This document shows, piece after piece, positions 42,429 through 56,777 of a stretch of DNA of 64,000 bases. Origin of the DNA: Paramecium tetraurelia (Eukaryota); assembly GCA_000165425.1 (NCBI GenBank), contig CT868667.1, positions 62,001-126,000 of the forward strand. Direction: 5' to 3'. The translations under genes and the position numbers were made by a program. Below the pieces are notes generated by a model. It worked only from the letters and a program-made list of their open reading frames with translations. It had not been told where the DNA came from and made no database searches. Every line of letters begins with the position of its first letter. Positions within the stretch are counted from its first letter, which is position 1.

Positions 42429-43129
42429 ATGCAAGAAATCTACACATATCAAGTAAGATCTATAATAAAATTATTTAGATTCTTAAGTAATGTAATGGAA
42501 AAGCAGTGATTTAGATGGACGAATCCTTATTGGATGTTATAAATACTCATTTAAAAATAAAACCATAACAAAAATAAAGAGAAGTGCCTTATTCAGTTAA
42601 GAAGTTGCACAATTTTTAAAGGCGTATAGTGCCCTTTTTCATGAATCAATTCATGCATTGGGCGGAAGAAATGGGATACAAACAGGTTGATGGGTATCTA
42701 AGAGCCATTCATAAGAAGAAGACTTCAAAGTAATAAAAGTTTGAATTGGGAGATCTCAAGAAATTATTCGGTGCTATCAATCCACGAACCAAGATCATCC
42801 AGATGGAGACTCAGAATAAATGGATTGATTTCTTGAGTACTCAGGCGGACATCTGTGTACTTCTTAACAACAAGATCAAAGATCAGTCAACTAAGTAACT
42901 CTATATCCAAGCAATTGAAAATTTGAAGGCTGAGTTGAAGAAAGAAATACCTTATGATAAATTCTTGAGTGTCCCAAAAAAGGAGGAATCATTTGATTCT
43001 CTATAGGAAGAATCATAGGAGTTAATCCTCAACGAAATATTTTCAAGTGATGAGGTTGAAGAGTATGCTCCAACTAATAAGGAAGACCCGTACTCCTATC
43101 TGAGTTGTGCTTATCGCAAATTTGATTGA
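42429..43129 (+). CDS. Hypothetical protein
   Basis: MQEIYTYQ, 26-nt intron, then open frame to ...CAYRKFD*. Confidence 0.75.
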
Positions 43130-43460
43130 CTTGTAATTTTTCAAATATTTTTATTCCTTCATTAATTTATATTTGAAACGTATTATATTTATATATTAAA
43201 TGGCGGATAGTAGAGAATTACAAAATAAAAAAATTATCTATTATCTATTAACTCAGGATTAGAAATTAAAGTTAATACATTTCACTTTATAGTTGGAGTA
43301 TCTAATACTTATAATTTGAAAATATTAAAGAAATAAATATCCTTATTTTATTGAGATATGTTGATTTAAGCGAAGTGAACTAATAAAGCTGGATTTAAAT
43401 TTGATTGGCATTGGATTAAACAGTTTTCTTCACATTCTTGAGTAAATAATGAGTTATATA

Positions 43461-45166
43461 TCAACTCACAAAGAAAAAAATTAGAATGGAGGCAAAAAAT
43501 ATCATAAAAAGAAGAATAACAATAAAAAATATAAATAATCCTTAATGAGCCATAATTAGTGTATATAAAGTTAAATTGAACATGAAGATTAAGAATATTT
43601 TAAACTCCTGCAATTTCTCTTATGTCATAATAGGAACTTCAGCTGGATCATCAGGTCTTTTTTAAATAGTAATTAATTGGAAGTTGGAAATCTAATTACA
43701 TGAGTATCCCACATAAATAGACAAAAGAGAATCAAACTATTAAATAATTAAATGGTCAATATATAAAGCAGAATGTAAACAAATAAACACAGTTTTAGTT
43801 GATAAATTCATTCTGTATTTTATAACAATTAAATTATCTTATCCTTATATATTCTTTCTTATGCCAACCACTAATCTTCTTTCTCTTGCATTTATTATTC
43901 TAATCTCACAATTTAACTTTTCAATTAATCGATTATGTTGACATTAGCATTCTTCTCTAACTCTAATAGTTAATTGGATAATTCTTTAATGATTTAATTT
44001 TTCTTGTCAATAGTTTTCTCATACTATTCTTGATTCGACGTAGTGGATTGATTGAGAGCATTGTCATTAATTTACTTATAACCAGATTGAGATCTCTGAT
44101 TCATTTTTTTTAACTGTTCACTCTATTATCTGATAATGACAGTAAGATGTTAATTTTCATCCTGGACTTTGTTAAATTTATCTTCAAGTTCTGCACACTT
44201 TTATTTCCATAGTTAGATTTCTGAATCTTGTGAACTAACGTCAAAATTATTGAATGTGGAATCATCGAAAATCTTCTTAAACTTTCCATCAGATCTGATA
44301 TGAATGTCTAATTGCTCAATTTATTTTTCCAATTCAGCCTCTTATTAAGAGAGAAGATCAGTGATTTCTTTGAAGTTATCATACTCCTAAGGAGGTGGTG
44401 GTGATGGTGGTTAAACTATTTATTGCTACTTTTGTTATTGAAATTTTTCACCCAATTGCACAAACTTTTAAGTGAGATTATCCTATTATGTCTGCTAATG
44501 ATGTTATTGTTATTTGAATGAGGATTGTGAAACAGTTGATTCGGCTGGTTATTCATTGGCTTTACTTACGATAATGGCAGTCTTAAACTCCTTGGGTGGA
44601 GATTGACTACGTGCTCTGGTTGTTCTGGAGTCTATCTTCCTAGTGCTGGATGTTCGTGCTGTCTGAGGTGCAGGTCCAATAACTGGAGCAGGAACGTCTG
44701 CGATTGGGAATTCTTGAGACTCGTATATTGAATCCTTAATCACTTTGAAGAGTAGGGCAGCTCTTTTATCTGTTGTGGAAGTGAGTGGTTTTTTCTGTTT
44801 TTAATCTTGAGGTGCTCCACCGTCGAGAAAGTAGGCTAGATTGATTACACAGTCACCAAGCAATTGATTGCCAGCCAAATAGAAAAGGAATTTGATCTAA
44901 TTAGACAAGGAGTATATTACATTATAGTCTGCATAGATTCCATCCTTTTTGGTCATGCGTTATTGAAACTCGACAACTTGATCAATGGGAAGACGACAAA
45001 TAGTCATGGTGCGTTCAGGATTCTTGATTTGTAATTTGGTAACAACTTATTGAGCAGCAGCCGTACTGCGTTTCAATAAGATGGTTAATTCGTATTGCTA
45101 TTGATCTGATTTGGAACTGAATTCTAGATATTAGAGTATGAATTTGAAATGCTTTACTTAATTCAT
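43461..45166 (-). CDS. NT-type C2 domain plus coiled-coil protein (3' end uncertain)
   Basis: LTILLKRS and LLGDCVINLAYFLD resemble the EEIG1/EHBP1 N-terminal C2 domain; Pro/Ser linker and coiled coil; typical coding character fades near 43830. Confidence 0.7.
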
Positions 45167-45177
45167 TATAAATTTTA

Positions 45178-46252
45178 ATGAGTGATCACGAGAACTCAAA
45201 TATTGACGAAGTCATAGCTAAGATAAAAACTCTGCCTCTTGCTTAAAGAGTCCATGCAGTAGCTCTATTCCATAGTCTCAAACGAAAATAAAAATATGAT
45301 GAAGAGTTATAGGAAGAAATTAACAAAGTCACCAATTAATATGATCGACTCAATTTACCAATATACGAACAGGTAATTGAAAAAGTTAAATTTGAAAGCA
45401 AAATGAAATCATATTGGGATAGAGAATTCCAAATGGAGTCGAATTAGCTGATTTGGCAAAATATGTAAATGACACTGAAACACAAGAAGTCAATGAAAAG
45501 AATGTCGCAGAACCTTTGTCAGAATATTGGTACAAAGTACTTAAAAACTCAACTTTGATATGTAACATTACAATATTAAGTTTTAAGCTGAAGTTTGTCA
45601 TGATAACGAGAAGGATTGGGAAGTGTTGAAATTTCTTCAGAAAGTTGAATTGGAACATGAGGAGAACAATAACAATTTCACTGTTAAATTGAGATTCTTA
45701 CCCAATGAATATTTCACTAATGATGTACTCAAGAAGAGATTCATTTTTGAAAAGAATGAAGACACTCCAGTAAAGAGTGAATCTACTCACATTAATTGGA
45801 AGGAAGGAAAAAACATAACTTAAAAGAAGGTTTCGAAGAAGTAGAAGAACAAGAAAACTGGAGCTTCAAGAAACGTGGACAAAGTGGTCGATGCAGACAG
45901 TTTCTTCAATTTCTTTAAAGACTTTGATCTCACCAATCAGAAGGAATTGGATGAAGAGGAATTATAGAAGTAGGAAGATTTAATGAATGAACACTTTGAT
46001 ATTGCCACAGAATTCTTAGATTCTATCGTTCCTAGTTCTTTGGAGTTGTATTTGGGATTGCAACCAGAAATTGATGGAATGGATGAGGATGATGAGGAAG
46101 ATGATGATGACAATGATGAGGATACAGATGACGAGGATGATAAAAAGAAATCGGTATGAATCTTATATGAGTTTTAGAAAAGAAAGAAGTCGAGTGGCAG
46201 TAAAGGAGGCGATAATAAAAAAGCAGAGAAACCAGAATGCAAATAATAATGA
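45178..46252 (+). CDS. NAP1: Nucleosome assembly protein 1
   Basis: LSEYWYKVLKN, FLPNEYFTNDVLKK, INWKEGKNIT, DSFFNFF, acidic tail, C-terminal PECKQQ*. Confidence 0.93.
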
Positions 46253-46304
46253 AATAAATACATATTAATTAAAACAATCCTCTATTTCATGTTAATTAAT
46301 AATT

Positions 46305-47463
46305 ATGCAAGGTTTATTGTAGCCATCTCAACAAACTCTTTTGGTGCGATCACCAACTGAAGGCTCATTAAAGAGCTACAGCAGATATGAGAGTAAGGGA
46401 AAGAAAAGAATTGTTTACAAAAACAACAAAGGCGAAATAGTTGAGCCTCAAGAAAAATTGGCTAAATCCCAACATTCTCATTAATCTTAACCTGCTCATT
46501 CAGTAAAATCTCGAACTATTACTCCTACTCCTTCAGAAAATGTGAAATTATAAACTAACACCATTTTCGACTTAGTGCCAATTGACGATCCCCTTTGGTT
46601 GGAGTTGATTCCGCCTGAAATTCAATCGGATCCAAACTTCAACCTCGAGAAATTGATTATGGATAATCAAGAGTATTTCGTTAATCTCCTTGGCTTGTAC
46701 ATGCAAGAGAGACAATAAAACAGAATACAAGAACTAAAGGTGTCTCTGCCCTAGAAAAAGCAGACTACCTATGACCAAGTCTATAAGAAACTTAATGCCC
46801 TTGATCAATAACAGTTCAACATTAAGATGTATGATTAAGTGCCAGTTGCCTAATCTCTTCAGTTACAAACGCAATACGAAGTTTACATTTTTATAAATAT
46901 CTAGACTTCATATCGTACTCCCAAAATTAACCCTCAGGACAATTGCAAACCCTCCTATACTAGGGACAAGGCTGAGATGCTCACTCTCACAAGCTATAAG
47001 CAAAATTACATCAATTGGAAACCAACTCTTACAGATAGGATGGGACCTAAAAGAGGATAAAGCACCGGAGCCCTGCCCTTCATTGGCAAGACCTCCTATT
47101 AAGAGAACTATCGGATTAACAATTTCGAACCTATGGAATCCGCCAAAAAGAAGTCCCTGTATTGAATATTAGCAATATTTCAGAGGTCCTTTTGCTTCGG
47201 GCAGCTCCATGATCTTCAAAGAAGCCTTATCTAAAATCCACTATCCAGGTTATTAGATAGAAGAATTACAACCCATTAAAAAATACAGCACTCATCAATA
47301 AGGAAATGGGTCTTATGATGGATAATTCAAAACCACTTTTAAAAAGTAACTTTCCAATTTTGAAATTAGTTCATTTGCCTATAAAGTACCAGAACCGATT
47401 GTGCAGGATAGATATTGGAAACAGAAGTTGATACAAAAGATCTTGGATAAGAAATAAAATTGA
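46305..47463 (+). CDS. SAXO/FAM154-like (microtubule-stabilising repeat) protein
   Basis: Repeated TSYKQNYINW, PFIGKTSYQENY and GQFKTTF motifs; two tiny introns. Confidence 0.6.
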
Positions 47464-47496
47464 TATTGACTTAGTTTTATAAATATATTAAAAAAT

Positions 47497-48830
47497 ATGA
47501 CGGATTTAGGAATAGCAATTGAGCGTATGGAATAACTCAAAGAATCTATAGACATTGTAAAATACAGTAGTTATTTTAGGGATACCTATGTATCTGTGCT
47601 GCATTCGTATTATTGATGCAAGTTGGATTTGCATTCCTTGAAGGTGGATGTCTTAGGTATAAGGACATGCAAAGTATAATGCTCAAAATATTTATGAACA
47701 CCTGTGTTACTGTTGTAATTTGGTGGCTTGTTGGCTATGGAATTGCTTTTGGAAGAGATTCAAAAGAATTCGTTGGATCATCTGTTTATGTGGGATTCGA
47801 TATGAAAAATTCTAAACATTTGGCAGAGTTTGCATTTCAGACAGCTGTAGCTTCTGCTGCCACCAGCATAGTTTCAGGAGGTGCTGCTGGTCGTATGACT
47901 TACATTGGATACTTTATATTATCAGTCGTGTTTTCTTCAGTTATATACCCATTCTGTGCTCATTGGGGATTTGGAAATGGGTGGTTAATGAAACTAGGGT
48001 ATCATGATTATGCTGGCAGTGGTACCATTCATGCTTCAGCTGGTATGGGTGCTTTAATGACAACCATGCTGTTAAAACCAAGAAATTAAAGGTTTAATCC
48101 AAAATATGCAGAACACTTTGAACCGAATAACCCAATTTATATCACTTTAGCATGTCTTTCTTTATGGGTCTGTTGGTGCTTCTTCAATGGTGGATCCTCA
48201 TTAGGTATTGCCAATGGAGCTAGTGTTTTTATGAGTCGTGCTATTATGAATACCTTCATCGCTGGAGCCTCAGGAGCTTTAACAGTTTTCTTTATTTTCT
48301 ATTTAATGAACATCGATCAAGGTAATAAATATTCCTTAGTCATGATTTGTAACGGCAATCTTGCTGGATTAGTAGCCATCACTGGGTAATCTGATATTCT
48401 TATCTATTAGACCTTGCGATAATGTTGATGCATGGGCTGCTTTTGTTATTGGAATACTTGGAGGTATGATGATGGTCTTCGCCAATAGAGTCCTATTCAA
48501 TCTATAGATAGATGATCCTGTTGATGCTATTTCAATTCACTTTGTAGATATTTCTATCCTATTCAGGCATGTGGAATGTTGGGAGCCAATTTGGTATCTT
48601 GGTTTGACATGGATACAGGAATTGTCTATGGAAAAGGAGGCTATTAATTCGCTGTTTAAATGCTGGGATCCTTCATATATATTGGATGGTCTGCTCTCAT
48701 TCATTTGATAACTCTTCTATTTATTGATAAAATAGGATTCTTGAGAGTAACATTGGAAGAAGAACATGAGGGATTAGACCCTGCTACCATGGGATGCTGT
48801 GCTTATGAAATGGTTGAATTATAATAATGA
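47497..48830 (+). CDS. AMT: Ammonium transporter (Amt/Mep family)
   Basis: MQVGFAFLEGG, DYAGSGTIH, WCFFNGGS, NGNLAGLVAIT, IDDPVDAISIH, EEHEGLD; twin His retained. Confidence 0.95.
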
Positions 48831-49777
48831 TATCAGGATTTTCTTAAATTTAATTTACATTCTGACATTATGCAACTTATGGGGATACATGTTTGTAATC
48901 TTTTCATTTAATTATGACGTAAATCTCTCTAAGTAATTTTATGATATTTTAAAGACCTTAAGCAAAGTTATTAACAATTTTGGTTAATTTATTTAAATTA
49001 TTTCTCTTTGTTTTTCAAATTATCAAAAAATAATATGTTAAAATTCTGAAAAAAAAGATTGAATAACTGTGCCTTTTTCGATTTACAATTATTGTTATAT
49101 TTATAAAACGTAAAGTTTCTAATAATATTGATATAATTGCATCTTCTAAAGAATAATTGATCGCATTCTATGCAGATATACATTTTCTTCGTTATCCCAA
49201 AGTTCTTTAGATAAAAATCAATAGTCTGTCCAAACTCTTATGTAAATGAATTTTTCCGAAAATATTATATAAACCTACCTATACATATTACAAAAAAAAA
49301 TGCATCCTTAATTTACAAATTGTAAGGTTCATATAGATTTTTTGGATTTTAACTCTATAATTAGGAGATTAATTATGCACTATTTTTTTGCAAAAAACAC
49401 TAAATATGGATGTATATCACTATTGTCGTTATTATAGATTTGTTATAAAACTTAAAATTATTAAGTATTTAAAGAAATGAAATAATATTTAGTGTCATGT
49501 TGAATTTAGCCTTAAAAGATGGAGACTCATGCATAAGAGTAAAGTAAGACGAATGTAATTATAATTCATCTTTGGAAATGCGATTGAACTTAGAAATTTA
49601 TTTTAATCAAAAATGACTTCGAGTTAGAGCTATTCACAATAAACTTGGAAATGATGAGTGTAGAATAAATTAATGATTATTGAAAATAGATTTCTACAGA
49701 AATGATGAAAAATTTGGGTGATAAATATATTTATTAACAATAAGCAGTATATAAATTAATAAATAAATTTCATTGAG

Positions 49778-50137
49778 ATGGTTTAATACGTAATAACTTC
49801 AGAGGATATTCACAGAAGAAAGGATAATGATGCTTATTTCAGACTGAATTACCTTTATTAGGCATCGCTCTTGTTTTCTGAATCAAATATTGAGTATGCA
49901 AAATTAATGAAGGAATAAATGTAAAAGGTAGCTGAGAAGGTACCAATTAGAATGACTCCATCAATAAAGCACACTCATTGTAAGAAATGCTAAAGTCCAA
50001 TTATTTTTGGAGAAGTGAAATTTAAAAAAATTTGCAAAAAATTATTTATTATCAAGAATTGTTCCAAATGTAAATATTAGAGAAAAATATTTGTCAAGAA
50101 AATAAAGGGTTTTGAATTGCTTCAGAAATAGATTTGA
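49778..50137 (+). CDS. RPP21: RNase P/MRP subunit, Rpp21/Rpr2 family
   Basis: RLNYLYQAS..IKHTHCKKC..CSKC zinc ribbon; 119 aa, intronless. Confidence 0.85.
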
Positions 50138-50464
50138 TATATATTAATTGTGTTAAAATAGGGCTTTATTGTATCGATATAAATTTAATAATTAGAAATT
50201 TAAGATAAATAGCATATGATGAAAGAATTCTAAAATACAATGAAGAATTAATATGAACAAATAAATTAAAATATCCCTAAATTTTAAATTTATTAAGGTA
50301 TATATTCTAATAATACAAAAAAATGATTATATTATGTATAATTAAATTTCTTGGGTTGCTGTTGCCAGATGCACATGGATTCCCTAAATTAATGAGACCG
50401 AATAGAGTAGCTAATAAAGATAATTTAATCAATAAAATTATATTTATTTATTAGCTCTTTAAAT

Positions 50465-52086
50465 ATGACTAGTGAAATTCACTCTTTCTTTGATAATAAG
50501 GATTAATTGAAGGATAAGATTTGGACGAAGTTTTGCAAAATTTAGTATAAAGTAATCAGTTTAAAAAATTAATTAGAATGATAGCATAGAATACAAGACT
50601 GAATGCAATAGATTGAGCAAAACTCATAAGGAATTAAAACCATTTAGCATTTAAATTGGCTAGGAAACTTTATATGCCTTCAAAAATGAATAACCTTAAG
50701 GAATGCTTTAGCTGACTGTTACAGTCATGCTATTTAAACGATACAACGATCAGGAGTACATTAGATTGCAGAGAAATGGCCAGTATGTGGATATTGTCCT
50801 TGAAAACTTAGAGTAACTGAAGAAGGCCTTAATTGACAAGTGTATATTGACGACTTTCCATAATGATTTTTAAGTCCTCAAAATGATCGGAAAGGGAAGT
50901 TTTGCCAACGTATATCTAGCCAAAAGGTAATCAAATGGAGTTCAGTACGCAGTGAAAGCATTTAGCAAACTCTACATACATGGTCAGTTTAGAGGAAGGG
51001 AAGGTTTAGAAAATGAGATAAGAGTGATGAGGAGATTGAATTAGGAGAACATTCTGCATCTCTATGAAGTGCACGAAACATAAAACTCTATATATTTTGT
51101 ATTGGATTTATTGGAAGGAGGGGAGTTATTGAGAAGAGCTCAATCAAAAATTTATACAACTCAGAAAATCTAAAAATTGATGTACAACTTATTAAAAGCC
51201 CTATTTCATATGCATTCTAAGAAGTGCATGCACAGAGATTTGAAACCAGAAAACTTGTTATTGAAGAGTAAAGATAATGATACTGATATCGTTATTGCAG
51301 ATTTTGGTCTTGCTCATATAATGGATCAATAGCCACTCTATAAAAGATGCGGGACTCCAGGATTTGTAGCTCCTGAAATATTGAAGTATAACGATTATGG
51401 TCCCTTTTATAATGAAAAATGCGATGTCTTTAGTGCAGGAGTTATATTCTACTTGATGATTACTGGAATCCAACCTTTTAAAGGGTATGAATATAAGGAG
51501 ATATTAAAATCAAACAAGGTCTGTCAAATCAATTATGATATTCAACAATTAAACAAGGTATTTTGCTCAATATTTATTTTAGTGCCCTTAAAATCTGAGG
51601 AGTTTACTGAAACTAATGTTAAAGGCTGATCCAACTGACAGATGCTCTGCAGAGGAGTGTTTGAAACATGAATACTTTTAAGAAATCTATAATTAAGATG
51701 ATTTAATGGATAACAAGGACAATTTGCAAAAATATGAAATGGAATTCAATTCACCTCTACTAAGAAAGAAGTATTATAAGTAGATCTACTTTTAGTTCTT
51801 CGGAAAGTTAAGAAGGTTCGATGTTATTACTGAGTAAATAATAACAATGGAATGGTTAGACTGAGACAATAGGATCTTTGTCCAATTGTTCCAATGTCAG
51901 TTCGAATAATAAGGCTGATAAGTAATAGTAGCCTTATCTATCTAAATTCAGTCAATTCTGTTCACAAATGAAACAGGAGGGGTTGGTTTAAAATAATTAA
52001 AATTCTAAGAAAAAGAGAAATCGCCAAGATCTACACAAATTCGCATTACAAAACAGTTATCAACAAAAGTAAAAAAGTAAAGATGA
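50465..52086 (+). CDS. Ser/Thr protein kinase, CaMK group, with PH-like N-terminal region
   Basis: IGKGSFANVY, YAVK, HRDLKPEN, IADFGLA, CGTPGFVAPE, DVFSAG. Confidence 0.92.
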
Positions 52087-52204
52087 TGATTATGTGATTG
52101 ATGATGAATCATCAGGCATTGATAACTAATTGTCTTAATTAAATGCTTAATAGCCAAAAATGGGATTTTTAAAGAAGAGTCAGTCTTTAGATGTAGATTG
52201 AGCA

Positions 52205-53225
52205 TCATTATAAAAGTTATTCAATCAATTTATTAAGTTCTATCAATTTTTCACTTTTCGTAGTCCTCAATTCATCTATTATAAATTATAATTCTAGATA
52301 TTGAGTTTAAACTGGTTTATTTTGAATCATATTCTAAATTATGTCATGCAATGCTGGATGCATATACTTTGGAACGAAATGCCTAATAAATTATTCTATA
52401 AAATCATCCTTAATTCTATGAAGTTGTCTATATCTTTATTGAAGTGCAATATGAATCTTATTTTTGAGTTTTTCAGGACTTAAAGGTGTTGCTTCGATCA
52501 TAAATGTGATGTATGCAATTTGAGAATGAGCACTGATGTTTAATTTTGTGATTTCTGTTCCACCACCAAATAATTCAACCATTGATCGACTTTTGAAAAG
52601 AGTCTTTTTTTTATTGAAATAACTCGCTAATATTTAGGTTGAATTCATCTTTATTGTTCCAAGATTAACAGAAGAATTGAAATGAATCACACCTTCCTGT
52701 TCTTTTGTATATATAAAGTTGCCATCTTCAGAAAGATAGAGATTTTCAAATGTAATTAGATTGTCGAATTGCTTAGTTGTATTCTCCATCACTATCATCA
52801 TTTCTCCTTCTTTAGAATTTATGCCAATTTATATATTGAGTATACTCTATACCACATCTCTCAATCCTTAGAATACAAGTGCGTATGCTTAATATTCATC
52901 TTGCCTATAAACATATTGAGTGATGATTTAATTCATAAGCCTCTAGTATTGATCAGGATCTTCAGCTCCAAAGTAATTGAGGTACTCACTTGCCTTGCTA
53001 TTTAATTGAATATTGTACAATAGATATTATCTCCTCAACTTTTGGTGATAAGGCCTCTAAATGTAGTTTACACAAACGCTCTCTATCATTCAGACAATTT
53101 CGCTTGAATAGTGGATTCAATTCAAGCTTCTCATTGAATTCATAGTTCAGAACTTGCACTTAATCCAATATAAATTAAGGTTGTATTGTTTTCACAAATA
53201 GGAAAATGATAAAATAATCTATCAT
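52205..53225 (-). CDS. Hypothetical secreted protein
   Basis: Signal-like MIDYFIIFLFVKTIQP; open frame with one 25-nt intron. Confidence 0.7.
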
Positions 53226-54032
53226 AATAATCAAAACCAAATTTTGGAACCCTTACTAAAACCATTGGAATGTAATTGATCAAATCTCAATTTTAATCAA
53301 TCAGAACAAGGAAACACAATACTGATTAGGGACTTATATGGAAGAATCTAATAAAAGATTACATGGATAAAGTTTGAATTAATTATCTTTATTTTAAAAT
53401 GGACTCTGATCATCTTAAGCTATACATTTTGTGCAATGAGAAATATGGAATCCAAATATAAATGAAGACATTTTCTAGTTAAATACTAGCATATGATAAA
53501 ATAACTATGAAATTATTGAGAGGAGGGCAAGGAATTGTATTCTATTTCTTTTTAAGCAAGGATGATTGATTACTTATTAAATCACTATAGCTAAAGGGTA
53601 ATTTTTTTAATACTTTATTAAATATATATAAAATAATAATGAGTCAAAAATACTCAAGAAGACTTATTTTCAATCATTCGCTCAATTTTTAATAAAAGTC
53701 TTATTCAAATGCAGTTCTCTAATAAATCCATCTATATAATATACTGAAATCATTACATTAATATTCCTTTTGATTTTGTCCGATCACATATGGTTACAAA
53801 ACTCCACTGATAAAGTCTTTATGATTGTCTAAGGCAAGTCATCAGAGCAATTTAGGGATCCTATTTGAATTAATCCCTAAATCATAATTATCCTATATAG
53901 AAATGATATGATATAATATTGATTATTGAAGTGGATGATAGAGTCATTTCTGGAGAAGAGTATCCCAAATAGAAAGAGTTTAAGAAATCTATGATTAGAT
54001 AAGTTAAGTGAAGTTTAAGTAAAAATTTGTGA

Positions 54033-54470
54033 TCATATTTAATCATTGAACCAATCTTAACCATATAACTTTTCGACCCAATCGGTAAAATTTTATAAGC
54101 GGTAATGCTTAGGTATACGATTTATTTTGGCAATAACCATTGGTTTTTTAACCACAGGTTTAGGTTCCAAAGTAAAAAAATTTTCAATATCATATTTACA
54201 ATCCATTTGACTGATCTTTCTCTAAGTTTACTGCACTGGCATAAACACTTATGAAGAACCATCCAAAATTTAACTGCCTCGACGAGCCAATCGATTTGTA
54301 GGCAGCTCAGTAATCAACTTCTTTTCTGATATAATTTATGGAGCGTAATCATTCTTATTTTTCCCTAAAAGGAAATCTAATGAATCCCGATTAGACTAAG
54401 GAACATAAGCATGGGACTTTTCGATTCTTGGAAGTTTGAAGCCATCATTGACTTTTGTCTATTTGAACAT
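54033..54470 (-). CDS. Hypothetical protein (145 aa)
   Basis: MFKQTKVNDGFKLPRI...FTDWVEKLYGQDWFNDQI*; intronless. Confidence 0.75.
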
Positions 54471-55053
54471 TTCACTAATCTAGACAGCTAATTTATTTTA
54501 TAAATATTTTATTTTAATAATAATTATTTTTCAAATCTTCTTTTATATTTGTCCATATAATCAAATAATAATCAATGATTATCATATATTAAGAATACTT
54601 TCATAAATATCAAAATAAATAATAATAATAAAACCAAAATTTACAAAAGAAATTACTAAAAAGCCTTTCAAATCTCTTCTAAAATTTCTCAAATTAATTC
54701 ATATTGCACATGATAAAACTACTACATCCTGCTAAATTGGTTTTATTTTATTATGAAGTATTATTCAAATTAAGATAAGTTAACTTCCTTTTCACACCAA
54801 GAGTCTATATTGAAAACTATATATTATTTCTAATTTCATTCTCAAGTCTTCTAATATCATTTAGACTTTACTGGCTAGGCTTATTCTATAATACAAAAAT
54901 ATTTTATAAATAAAGAGCTCGTAATTTATTAAATGTTAAATTATAATCTAAATTTAAGCGTATTATATCAATGAAGAAAATGCTACTTTCACACATTTTT
55001 TTTTATTAATATTATTATTTATCTAAATATTTGTATTTCTAATAGAATTAAAA

Positions 55054-56696
55054 ATGCAATTAAGGATTAAAGCAAATAGAAAGGAGTACTTTGACTTCTC
55101 AAATATATCGAATGTGAGGAATAATCATTTATATGTAGGATAAACAGTTTACGGTCTAATTTAATAAAATTGCAAATTAATTAATAAAAGATTACCACCT
55201 CAAACTAATTAGTTCTATTAATGAATTTATTGCAAAATAAAAACAAACCAATATCAAAGACAATGGGAAAAAATACAATTATTAGGAAGAAAGATCCAGC
55301 TTACAAAATTAATAATAATAAGGAAACAATTAAGAAAAACCCTTTATAGAAAAAAAGATTGAATTTACTCGAAAAGAGGTCTTTGTTTTATTATTAATGA
55401 TGTATTCGAATATTTTAGAGAAGGATAATCAAAACATGAAAGGATTTTATCAGATTAATATGGAATTAATAAAATAGAGTTAATCAAAATAATCTTAGGA
55501 AAAACTCAAGTGTATTCATTCTTACTTTATTAATTTTTACCACAGAATTTTAAAGTAAAATGATGGAGTAAGCAATGATTATAATTTGAATTCAAATGAA
55601 ATTCAAAGGCAAATTTAAAATCTTGAAAAAGAGATTTAGGAAGAACAACATCAACATGATAAAAAAATAGAATAATTAAATTAAAGGATCCAAATGATTC
55701 TTAGATAATTTATAAACAATAACCCAAAGGAATATTCAGAAATGTAGTAATAAGATGAATTGGTTACTTTTATTAGAAGAACTGAGTTTCGAAATTATAA
55801 AGAAATATACAATGATTAACAGTGTCCTTTGAGTTAGTTTCAAAAGAATAAAGGAAGGTGTGAGGATTATGAAAATTCAATTTTAGTGAATTTTGCGGAT
55901 AAAAATGTAGGTGGTTTAAGTTTAGATTCGTTAAACATAGCTTAAGAGGAAGTAATGATTTAAATTAATTGTCTTATAGGTTTTGATGTTAACACATCCT
56001 GAAGCACTTATAAGCATGTTATTTATGGAACCTATGAATGACAATGAAGCCATTCTCATTAAGAATCTAATTAAATTTAATGATTATGATGGATATGGAT
56101 AAACTTTTAGATAAAAGGAGGAAGATTATTTTAAATGGAATTCTAACTCTTCCTTAAAACAAAATAATGAGTTTTCTCAAAGACAACAAGATTTAAACAA
56201 ATAAAATGACGCTCACAATAAGAAAATTATCACAAATCATATCTTAGTAATATTCACATTTAATATTTAGTGTATGGATGCAATATTCTATTCAAATTGG
56301 CAAATTTAATTTGATGAAAAGTATATTAATAGAGAATTGGTGAAGAGTTACATTGCCTTTTCCTTGGCTCTCGATCACACAGATAGTAAATATGTTTCTA
56401 CTGGTAAATGGGGTTGTGGGATTTTTAATGGGGATATTTAATTAAAGTTTTTAATCTAATTGCTTGCATTCTCAAAGGCTTATTAGGATAGTTAGTACAG
56501 GAATGAGGATTTCAAAAATAAGACAGAAAAATACATAAGTTTTAGTTCTTTTCATGATGGTAAATTTGAATCTTTAATTTAATAATACTATTAAGCCTAA
56601 ACCGAATAAAAATAAAACATAACAAAAATTAATTATGTGATTGAAACCTTAAAGGGTTAGTTCAAACAATAAATTTCTAAGGGTTTTAATAAATGA
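55054..56696 (+). CDS. PARG: Poly(ADP-ribose) glycohydrolase (canonical PARG catalytic domain)
   Basis: [66 protein letters not shown]. Confidence 0.88.
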
Positions 56697-56777
56697 TCTG
56701 TGAAAAATGATTTATTATTTTTATTCTATAAAAGATAACAATTAATAATTACAGAAGTATTAATAAAAAGAATTAAA

